From contig CM120644.1 of NCBI GenBank assembly GCA_051362555.1, positions 20,296,534 to 20,360,533 on the forward strand: a stretch of DNA of 64,000 bases, written 5' to 3'. Position numbers and translations under genes: made by a program. The stretch comes from Lingula anatina (taxonomy: Eukaryota; Animalia; Brachiopoda). Positions 53,761-64,000 of this stretch are shown one piece after another. How positions within the stretch are numbered: the stretch's first letter is position 1; each line of letters starts with the position of its first letter. The notes below the pieces were generated by a model. The model ran no database searches. It worked only from the letters and a program-made list of their open reading frames with translations, and had not been told where the DNA came from.

Positions 53761-54180
53761 GTGAGTTTATACACATGTAGCTGAAGAAAACGTCTTCCGG
53801 GTGAGCTTATACACATGTAGCTGTAGAAAACGTCTTCCGGGTGAGTTTATACACATGTAGCTGTAGAAAACGTCTTCCGGGTGAGTTCATACACATATAG
53901 CTGTAGAAAACGTCTTCCGGGTGAGTTCATACACATGTAGCTGTAGAAAACGTCTTCCGGGTGAGTTCATACACATGAAGCTGTAGAAAACGTCTTCCGG
54001 GTGAGTTTATACACATGTAGCTGTAGAAAACGTCTTCCGGGTGAGCTTATACACATGTAGCTGTAGAAAACGTCTTCCGGGTGAGTTCATGCACATGTTG
54101 CTGTAGAAAACGTCTTCCGGGTGAGTTCATACACATGTAGCTGTAGAAAACTCCTTCCGGGTGACTTAATACACATGTAC
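53734..54180. repeat. 40-bp minisatellite, ~11 copies
   Basis: Unit CATGTAGCTGTAGAAAACGTCTTCCGGGTGAGTTYATACA. Confidence 0.97.
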
Positions 54181-54840
54181 ACACAATGGACAACAAAAGT
54201 GTCACCCCTTGAATCAGAGTAATCAAAATAGGCAGATCTTGAGTAGTTATAATGCCTGGTCTAATGAGTATAAAACCGCTGTACCATGGAATTGTATTGT
54301 TGGTCTTTTTGTGAAATTTGATGTTAATACATGTAAAATGATACCAGGAGAATATCATTCCACATTCATTTATCTCCCCCAAAGTATTTGTTCAGTAGAG
54401 GTGACACTTCTATTGTCCAGTGTGTGTAGCTGTAGAAAAGCAGGATCCTTTTGGTTGTTACACAAATGAAATTATTTGTAACCAGTCCTTCATTTTAATA
54501 TTTTGAAAATGTGTTAAATTATAGACATTTTGGTGTTTAATGCAAAAGGGCTTAAAATCAAACAATGGTGACAGGCCCAGTGTTTGCTCTCTTGACGGCC
54601 TTTCCAACATTGAACCCCCGAGACAAACAATTATATTTTGATTATTTACATTACTTCTGCAAATATATATTAAGCTTAATAATGGAATCAAGATTTTTAA
54701 GTCTGAACAAAAATTGGGGATATTGTCTGAAAACTTTATTTAATCTACTGGTAGAGAGCTATCTTTCCGAATTTTTTTTTTTTTTTTACAGTGTCTTTTA
54801 CATTCCTATGTCGGACACAGTATTACAGATGGACTCTATA

Positions 54841-56628
54841 TTACAGTCTGATACAAGCCTGTTTGTCATTGAGTACAGCGCGTAATTTCTTCAAGTCCAC
54901 TGCTTTTTTCTTTATTTCTGAAATGTCCTTCTCCCTACTTCGGACCTCCTGGCGTAGGCGCAAAATGTAGTCCTCGCGATATAGCATGCGCCGCTCTTCC
55001 GAAAATTTCTGTAAACTTTCACGCTCTGGTATATTATCAACTAATGTGAGAATGGAAGTATAAATTTCAATTTCTTTTTTAAGTCCTTTGATACAAACAT
55101 CCTTGTCGTAAGTTTCACCTTTTATTCTGGTAATTTCTCGTTCAAGGCGCGCCACATCCGTTGTCTTCTGCTCACTGGCCACGCTGTCTCGTCTACTTCG
55201 AATGTCAGAAACGATAGCGGAACCTCTCTCCGACGATTTCCGTATGGCTTCTTTTCGACGTATATAGTTTTCGAGCTCTACCTTTTCTTCAGTTACCTTG
55301 AAATACAAATTCAAATGCAGGCTTTAGTGTATTTTATACACAAGTTGAAAAAAATAAATGAATAAACCGAGACATGTCTAAACATCAACTCTGAGTTGCA
55401 CATTTTACTTCTTTCTTCCTCTCAACTTGGAGTTAACGTTTAGACATGTCTCGGTTTATATATAAAGAAAAGTTTGAAAAAGAAAAAACATATTATATAT
55501 ATAAAGAAAAGTTTGAAAAAGAAAAAATCATATTTGTCGTTTCCTTAAATGTTCATTAAATACTTCCATAACATTTGATATCTAATTCAATATGAAACTG
55601 ACTGTCCACACAGCCAAGAGTCAAGTCCTCACCTTGTCCAGCGTTGCCTGTACTCGCTGCAGTTCCAGAGCGGTCTGGCGTGCCTCAGCTGACACCTCAC
55701 TCACCCCGGACAGCTGCTCGATTAGCTTGGTCAGACTTCTCTTCTCGTCAAAACTCAGTTTCTTCTGAAGGCGTGGATTCAACCGGATAAAATCTAGAAA
55801 AAAATAGCGAGAGTAGAAAAAGACGCAACACTGTGGCGATTGGTTTTTCTGTTATACCGATTTTTATTAAGCAAATATATTTTTGTAGTGATTATTTTCA
55901 AGTGGTTAGCTGTATTGATGGATAGTCCCACTGAGCTTTTCCACCATCGTGTAAAAACATAAACAGTCACGTCTCTTAAGACTGTCTTGGAAATTGGACT
56001 TAATAACGTCATAAAACGATCAAATTGAAAAATGCTTATTTATAGTCCAAGCTTTCACACGACCTAAGGCTTGCGGGCATCAGGAGAGAAAGAAATATGC
56101 TGAGACCTACAGACGCATGGTTGTTATTGTCATGTATGAGATAATACAATTTTCTTCGTAACGAGGTTCCATTAATATATTTCTTATAAATTAACAAGTT
56201 TGAATGTACCTGAAGCAGGCTCTCATTGTGCTCTAGTGCTTTATTCCCGGCGGCGGTGTCTTACCTTTCACGGCAACTTGACGTTGTCTCACCTTTTACG
56301 GCAACATGACGGTACCTTACCTTTCACGGCAACATGAAAGTGTCTCAACTTTCACAGCAACATGACAGTGTCTCACCTTTCACGGCAACATGACGGTGTC
56401 TCGCCTTTCACGGCAACATGACGGTGTCTTACCTTTCACGGCAACATGACGGTGTCTCACCTTTCACGGCAACATGACGGTGTCTTACCTTTCACGGCAA
56501 CATGACGGTGTCTTACCTTTCACGGCAACATGTCGATGACTTACTTTTCACAGCAACATGATGGTGCCTTACCTTTCACGGCAACATGACGGTGCCTTAC
56601 CTTCCAAGGCAGCATGAATAGCATCCAT
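54841..56628 (-). CDS. Uncharacterised coiled-coil protein B, paralog of A (exons 56628-56601, 55793-55633, 55296-54841; 214 aa)
   Basis: MDAIHAALE|DFIRLNPRLQKKLSFDEKRSL…ATLDK|VTEEKVELENYIRRKE…; GT-AG junctions in frame (645 nt). The first intron has the same position and phase as in gene A, and several blocks align with gene A. Confidence 0.8.
55362..55460. repeat. ~100-bp hairpin (MITE-like) in intron 2 of gene B, followed by a ~40-bp direct duplication
   Basis: TAAACCGAGACATGTCTAAAC … GTTTAGACATGTCTCGGTTTA. Confidence 0.8.
56253..56616. repeat. 28-bp minisatellite, 13 copies, overlapping the exon 1 donor of gene B
   Basis: Unit ACGGTGTCTTACCTTTCACGGCAACATG (minus strand CATGTTGCCGTGAAAG|GTAAGACACCGT). 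Confidence 0.97.
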
Positions 56629-58246
56629 GACGAAAGGTGAACTGGTTTAGACCCGTCGAAAAGTCGCAACCGTGGCCGAAAGAAGAAACCAAAGCATATC
56701 AAATAGGCGTGTTGCTACCCTGGGTCAGGAGTTAAGCACCCATCGCTGCAGTATTGTCCACTCCAGCTCCCTGCACCCAGAACAACAATGGGGGCTTGCT
56801 GTTTACAGATTTGGACACAGAGTACCAATTATTAAAGCCAAGGAACGTATGGCAGCACAGGCGATTTACCAGCATGTATTACCAGTTGCGTAATCCATCT
56901 AAACAAACGGCCTGTAAACTAATAGAACCCATTTTTATCCTGTTTATCCATAAGCAATGTTCCGTTATGCCCATTTGGACTTTTGTTTTTAAACAACAAT
57001 CTGCGACAAAGGGGGTGTTCAGAAATTTTAAATGGGTTTGTTTGGGCACGAACAGCTTGAAACCTACTGTAAATCCCGCCAAACACTGGCCTGCTGAGGC
57101 ATGACAACACAAGCGCCAAAGAATACGTGTGGAAGGTGGGTTATGGATGCGGAGAGGAGGGGGGTGGCAAGAACATGGCGAAGATACATGTACACCTATG
57201 TTTCATATAAAAAAAAAGATTATTTCAACAGCTTCATTTCATATCCTTATTTAATTGTGTAATAGTTACGTAATGAGACATAAACCCTAATAGATTTTCT
57301 CAGAAAAAGATTTATACCAGTGTCAGAACCTCCACCCCATGAAAGATTGCCTTTATTCGGCTGATCAAACTTTGCCTGAAGAAATTTGCCTGGGATTTCA
57401 TAACACTAGCTCCGTTTTCAAACTTGATAGCCCGGGCCATGAGCCAGACCCCTGATTTTTGGCCATCGTACTAAAAAAGTAGAGAAACTCACAGTAATTT
57501 TTAATAAGGCCTACTGATATGTCTCTAGTGCCCAAATATGTGCGATAGCCTTCTCATACTGGTAGCTTTTTGTGTGCTATCATACCTTATATAACCCCAC
57601 CCCTGCAGCAGGACATTTTTTCAGATGGGAGTAGGGGAGAGAAAGTCATGTCTCATTAGAAATACCCTTTAGATCAATAGGTTGAATGAGATCAAAATTC
57701 AGCAAAAATTTAAGCATCTCCTTAAATATGAACTTTAACACCATTAAAAGAGAACATTTTAGGTTATAAAAATACTTCTGTGCTACAACTAGATATTGTG
57801 TGACTATTAAAGACTAGTTCATCGAGTCTGAGGGCTTTTTTTATTTTTAGATTTTTGTTTTTTATTTTATTTATTTATTATTATTTTTATTATTATTTTT
57901 TTTTTGTATAGGTATGACTTCCATTTCAAAGTATAAATGAGAACTTTCTGAATCAGAATGTTCAACCAAATATTTAATAAATATGTCCAAAAGAAATTAA
58001 CACAATCAACATAATAATGTGGTTTTAATGTACCATGAACCTATTTCAATCTCTAAGCCTTGGCGTGATTTTCTCCCGTTCTGTAAAATAAAGATATGTT
58101 TCTCAGTGCAAGTACACTATTGCCCAAAATGGTTGGTACACGTCGAAAATAACTTAATATTTTGGGATTTTTTACTCCTATTTCTAAAACGCAACACTTG
58201 GTATTAAAAAGAAGTCATGCACCAATTAGCACGATCTTCCCTATAA

Positions 58247-58537
58247 GGTCGCATTTAGAACAGATGATGCGCGTACTTACTGATCCGTGGACTAAATATG
58301 GCTGACCTCACTTCAAAGGAAGCCGGTTAATCCCTTGATGTTTTCACCGCCTCCACACACGCCGTAAAGCGGATTAAATCTCGGCTCGGGGGTTTACATG
58401 TTATTGCTTAGGGGGCGGCGCGTGTGGACTGCGTGGGGAGACCATCAGGGGATTATAAGCGGTTGCCTTTTAACTTCGTCGGACATATTTGATCCGTGGA
58501 TCTGTAAGTCCTAGGAACATCTGTTCTGAATGCGACC
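58247..58537. mobile_element. Palindromic PIF/Harbinger-like MITE
   Basis: GGTCGCATTTAGAACAGATG / CATCTGTTCTGAATGCGACC TIRs flanked by TAA/TAT; further imperfect internal pairing. Confidence 0.8.
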
Positions 58538-59348
58538 TATCATGTAACTCTAGTTCACAGTATGCCACGCCGTCTGGGGGCTATAATCCAAGCTCGCGGT
58601 GGGCATACCCGCAACTGAGATTAATAAGGAAGTCTGAAGGTGTTTCATGACCATTTCCCCAAATTTCATATTTGTCAATCAAAGTACAAATTTATGTTTA
58701 TTTTTTCACTTGTTGCTGTTATGTGAAAAAATACTCATTAAAAAAACTAAATAAATAAACGCTTTTCTTAGATTTGCATTGTTTGTTTCTCTTTGACTTT
58801 ACCCCCAGCTTCAAATATTTAGCAATATAAGCGGTATATTTTTGGTAATAACAATAATAATGAAAGAAACAGGGCGAAATGCATCCCAAAATTTTGAGCA
58901 AGAGTGTATTAAAAACTACCTATTCCCCTTGAATCAAATTAAACAGTGTACATAGGCTTTTTTTTTTTTTTTTGGGGGGGGGGGTAACCAAAAGTGACCT
59001 CTGACCTATTGACAATGACCAGACCCACAAATCACAAAGCATGATTTAAGTCACAAAAAATTTAATTTTTGGAAATTGCTTAATTAGTAATATATAACCT
59101 TTATTTCGTCTTCCAAATAACATTCAGAGTATTACCCCTCTCCAATGCTCCTTTTTACGGAAAGACCCCACTTCTAAATTGAATTGAAGACAAATATGCG
59201 AGGCAGCCCAGTGCAGTTAGTTTTGGTTTTAATGTCACCTGGAAGAATGGACCAATATCATTTAACAAACATTTAATTTTATTTTCATAATTCGCTACGT
59301 AGATCGATCCATCTCCAAGGCGACTTTCGCTGAATGCAATCAGATTCA

Positions 59349-59587
59349 AGCCTAAATTACATTTACTTGGTCGCCGTGCGATGAAACTGTCCGTACGAAT
59401 TATTTTGAAATCGTAAGGAGCTACGGGCTACGCCGAGTATGTCTACATTACATGGTCTTAAATCCATACGATTCCGTGCGATTTCGCACGGCCACCGCCT
59501 ACCTCCGCTCAGATGCCTTACGAAAAGGGTATTACTAGCAGTATGCGTGCACCGTACGGACATCGCATTTCAAATGTAATCAAGGCT
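59349..59587. mobile_element. PIF/Harbinger-like MITE, abutting a fragment of the GATCGATC family (~59298-59345)
   Basis: AGCCTAAATTACATTT / AAATGTAATCAAGGCT TIRs; interior rich in CCGTACG/CGTAAG motifs, like the 21470 element. Confidence 0.65.
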
Positions 59588-60305
59588 TAACAGGTTCATA
59601 CACCTCCTCTCTCTACGATCTACCTAGAACGATAGTTGCATTGGGAATAAGTGCTTATATGATAGGAGTCGATTGCTCGGGACAGTCGGAGGAGTTGAGC
59701 TTTGGGAAACAAATCTCGAAGTATTGGTCTTAAGATCCGGTTTTTGCCAATATTTACAACGATCTCTCTAAAATAACCCCTGCAGATGTGTGTCTTTTAC
59801 CTGTATATCTGTTACTATATATATCTATATATTTGAAATGTATATTAATTCAAAAAAAGGACCTATTCAATCAATAAATACTGACTTTGTATCTTATATG
59901 GATTTTTTTCCAAATCATTTTTTCTTAATGAACATAAATATTTATATCGCCTTTTAATATATCTTTTAGTGAAGAATTATAATTTATTTGAAAAAGGTTT
60001 CAGTATATTTAATTAAACAGAATTTATTTAAATGTCTGTTTTACCTTGGTTATCTTTTATGAAAAAAGTAATACACATGTAGGTTCGGTTGCACGGTAAA
60101 GAGGTCCACTTTTCAGAAAAAGACCCCCCCCTCCCCCCAGCCCTTTATATTAAAATTGCTGGTTTAGGGCCTGGATAACACGATGCCACTATGTGCAGCT
60201 TTTAGACGTACAGTTACTCTCAAGGGTCAATTACCATTATTAAAAGGAACCATTGTTTATAAGAAATGAATAATGAAATGCTTGTGCGTCCTTACCGTCT
60301 ATTTA

Positions 60306-61294
60306 GGCCACACTTTTTTATTTTTATGGATGACATCCTGCGCGCGCACCGATTTTCGCCCGTTCTCCGAAAAAAAAAAAATCCCCCCCCCCCCAGCCCC
60401 CAACGAAGTCGGTTGTCGCAAACGTCGTTATTGAATTTGCCAGGAAATGAGCTTTCTGCGCATGCGTATTATCGCCACGTGGAAATGTGGCCGCTTTGCC
60501 GTCAAATTCATCTCTAGGATTACTTTCAAATTACACGACAATTAAAGTCATAAAGAGAACGGGTGCCGTCGTTTTGGATTGGTATGCCATTGATATTGGG
60601 CATGGAGATATCACCTTTTTACAATTGTGCGAAAGGCTGGCGGCCGCCAGCGATTATCGCCCGAAAAATTTCATTCCGAAAAAGTGACATTCTGTACAAA
60701 GCAGCACATAGGCTACCAGGTTTTCTGTAGCGAAAAAAGGGTCGACAAGGGCGTCGAGGTATTTGGTGGGCTGAAGGTCGGACAGGCCACCTGACAGTTT
60801 GGCCGTGTGAGTCGAAGTAGACAAAATGGCATCGTCCGAAATGACCTTTAATAGATTTGGTAGTATTAAGCATATCTTTGCATCATTTTTTAAACATTTC
60901 TGTGAAGTGTTCAAAATGCTTTAATATTCTGAGAATACAAATAAAGACACACTGTTTGTTTGATATTTGTTTTATTGATTGCTATACCAACAAAATGCAT
61001 GAAATAACCTTAATAGATTTTGTAATAAGAAGTATATCTATTCATGACTTTTTTTACATTTCTACGAAGTATTCACAATGCTTTAATATTTTGAGAGCAT
61101 GGATAAAGACATATTGTTAGCTTGATACGTGTTTCTGTGGTAAAATTTGTGTTTCCAGCTGTGTACTGACAGCATTCCTTTACTTAAGCAGTATTTCTTT
61201 TTAATTTGGACTGTTTTTTTTTTTTTTTCGCCCTCTCGCACCGATTTTGGGGTACCCAGAGGATGTCATCCATAAAAATAAAAAAAGTGTGGCC
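60306..61294. mobile_element. ~1-kb non-autonomous TIR DNA transposon with TTA TSD (superfamily not determined)
   Basis: Perfect TIRs GGCCACACTTTTTTTATTTTTATGGATGACATCCT / AGGATGTCATCCATAAAAATAAAAAAAGTGTGGCC; internal imperfect direct duplication (~60885-60970 vs ~61045-61135). Confidence 0.88.
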
Positions 61295-63339
61295 TTATTT
61301 TAACTACATGTAGTTCATGCAAGAGTTGTGTGATTGCACCTTTCCTCCTCTTCACATTGTCCCATCACCTGAGCCGCAAATATAGCGGCAATGTGCGGGC
61401 GATTTGTATTATGTCGTCCACACTTTACTGCAGTGAAATAATCTAACAAGATATCTAGAAAAGCAAGTTAGTAATGTTTATCATGATGGGGATGCGTGCT
61501 TTACATATTAAACTCATGAGAACTGTTTACAGTAACACTTTTGTTTTTTAACCAATGCTCAATACAGGTACGTGTAACTTTCGGCAAAGCAAAAGGTAAA
61601 TATAAGTTAAAATAATATATTTTTCAAATATAATAGGAATGTCAGTTTTGATGAGCATGAATAAGTAGCTTTAATTGAAAATTGTGTAGTTTTTGAAAAG
61701 AAATGAAATTGTCCAAATTCCACAAATGACGCAAGAAGTTGTCCTTTTTCTCCCTCTCCAAATCATTTTTTTTTTCTCTTTCGCTGGGCACACTCACTGT
61801 TCCAGAGCAATAGTGATCATATCGGAGATGATTGACGTTTGTTTATATAACCCGTCAATCAAGCTGTTATTACTTGACACTAAGATCTAATAAACGGTAT
61901 ATTAGATCTTAGCTTGACAGCAACCATCAAAACTAATAAACTTTAATTGGCACCTTGTCAATCAAAGGATGTGGGAAGCTGGAATTTTACATGTTCGACG
62001 ACTATAGTGATCCGCTGTGTAATGTTTGTGATTGACGTTTGTTAAGATACTTCATGGTATATTACCACTTCATAGGATAAGAATTACCACTTCATGATAG
62101 AAGGCGATTTCATTGGTTAAAAAATAAGGACCCTTAGGAGACTTCGTAGTATATTACCACTTCATGATACATTGTATCCAAACATGTTTCAGTTCTGGTT
62201 GGATGTGGAAATTAGGCGTAAAGGTCGATATGATGTTTCATTCTAGACCTTGATTTCCAGAGTGACGCGTGTATTCGAAATGGGGTGTGTGTGTGTGTGT
62301 GTGGGGGGGGGGGGGGGTGAGTAACATGACTCACTCACATGATAGTGCGTATTTTATCTCGTTGGAGTTTAATGAAGCTGTTATTTTCATATGTTCTCGT
62401 AGATACCTGTGAGATTAACTTCTATAAATAATGTACTTTATTTCAAGAGCTCCGGTCCAGTGGCGGAAAGCATAAAGCTAGTTTTTTGTTTTACCCATGT
62501 AGTTTTGAAATTTTTCAGATTTCAGGACGTTTAAAAACTGACAATATTTGGACGTTGAATCATGGCGGGTCTAAGGCACTAGATGTATAAGACAAACGAA
62601 GTGTATAAATAAACACATTGCCTGCCTTTAAACTAGGGCATAAAACTAACCATGTGTGGTTTGATTGACGGCGCAGGTTTATAGATGTGGCTAGTACACA
62701 GTAGCAAGAATGTATGTCTTTCCACTGTAGGTAGAGAACTCTACTAGGCAGAGAGGGTTTAATTTTGCTCCACACTAGGTCTACATCAATATTTTTAACA
62801 AGCCGTCTATTCCATTATTCGTGTTATAGAAGTATCTCTTTTGTAACTATGACATAAATGTTATGACTTGCAATTTAACAAGCTGTAAAAATAAGCTTTT
62901 CTATTGATATGCAACAAATATGTTTCGAAAATATCTCGGTCGTTTAAAAAGATTGACCTCCTGGCCTATATACTTAATGAAAACGCTTAGGTCGAAAGGT
63001 CTGAAATCTGAATGATTTGAAACGGTCAACTGTCCAGATAGATGTTGGGGAGAATGAAATGCTGGGGATTCATAAAAATGGTGTAGAGCCGCATTTTGCA
63101 ACTGCAACGCATTTTGCAACCAAAGAAAATCGTGAAAACGAATTTTTCAACCGGAACGCATTTTGCAACCAGAATTTTTTCTTAGTCAATAAATAGCTAG
63201 TGAGAAGTTCTATAGAGGTAGAATTGGAATGGGGACGGGGTTGTCTCGGCTAGGTACGCTTACATTGGTCAAGCTTTCCCTGTGGTGGACAATTTATTAT
63301 ATACATGCATAATCTATTTCACATTGTTACTTCCTAAAC

Positions 63340-63545
63340 CATCATAGTTAGGAACTTGATACGTCGGGGATTAATAAACCTATCATTATAGGGATTTGCA
63401 AAGGCTCTTCGGAATTCAATTGTGACTTAGGGTGTGGTCGACCCTGGGGGTGGTCTATTCTAATTTTTACATCGTATTTTATGCTAGGAGCATGAAACGT
63501 GGCTACATACTATTTTGAATGTGGAAGGGCACTTCGGGTTTTTTT

Positions 63546-63578
<33 letters not shown>

Positions 63579-64000
63579 CTGGGGGCGGTTGAGTCTAATT
63601 GACATTGTTATTCCTGCTATATCTATCCCGAGACCAATTAAGCTGGGAACGTACGGCTATGGGGATTGAAAAATCTGTCTTTGGGGATGTGTATGGGTCC
63701 TTCTGGGTTTTTGTGACATTGGGTGTGGCCGTCCCTGGGGAGGTTGATTTTAAATTTTACATCGTTATTCGTGCTTCTACCCTTACGCCATTACAGTTGG
63801 GAACATGAAACCTTCCGGGCTGATAAGCTTACCATTGAGGATATGCATAGGTTTCCGAGAATGTTAGTATGATATTTCAGGTGTGGCTATCCCGGGGGGT
63901 GGTTGATTCTATTTTTCACAACTTTATTTCTGTCATCTATACCCTTAAATTTTAAGGAACATGAAACGGAGATTGATGAACCTGTCATTTTAATGAATGT
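63340..64000. repeat. Degenerate ~150-bp tandem core repeats, HINE-like; runs off the window edge
   Basis: GGTGTGG…CCTGGGGG…GGTTGATT motif recurs at ~63430, ~63577, ~63721 and ~63880, with GGAACATGAAAC-like motifs between them. Confidence 0.55.

Noticed and set aside
53734-54180. 40-bp array as a CRISPR array
   Set aside because: Units are contiguous with no unique spacers, there are no cas genes, and the context is eukaryotic. The same applies to the 28-, 37- and 52-bp arrays.
2013-62320. Simple repeats ((TA)n, (GT)n, (CT)n, (ATT)n, poly-G/T) and the short ORFs that span them
   Set aside because: Ordinary microsatellites; the associated 60-120-aa ORFs are low-complexity artefacts.

Overview
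AT-rich, repeat-dense animal genomic DNA with spliceosomal GT-AG introns, microsatellites and frequent TACATGTA motifs. A lophotrochozoan such as a mollusc is my guess, not something the sequence proves. Protein-coding content: (1) three paralogous ANL-superfamily adenylate-forming enzymes (acyl-CoA synthetase/ACSF2/4CL-like; 578, 577 and 575 aa; orientation + / - / +), each reconstructed with the same exon plan of a 19-nt coding first exon, a 195-nt exon and a ~1.5-kb exon; (2) two paralogous coiled-coil genes of unknown family on the minus strand (322 and 214 aa) that share a PRLQKKLSF motif; (3) a probable terminal exon of an upstream gene at the left edge. Mobile DNA is abundant: a young 5'-truncated CR1/L2-group LINE inserted with a 12-bp TSD into a MITE, an L2 3' end, a decayed Tc1/mariner transposase, Helentron-associated elements and more than a dozen MITEs. 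Three observations stand out. All three ligases replace the conserved A8 glycine(s) of the CoA half-reaction with Ala-Thr. Several minisatellites are amplified copies of exon/intron junctions, and one exposes a cryptic plus-strand exon. An ~82-aa coding segment of one coiled-coil paralog sits exactly where the other paralog has an intron.
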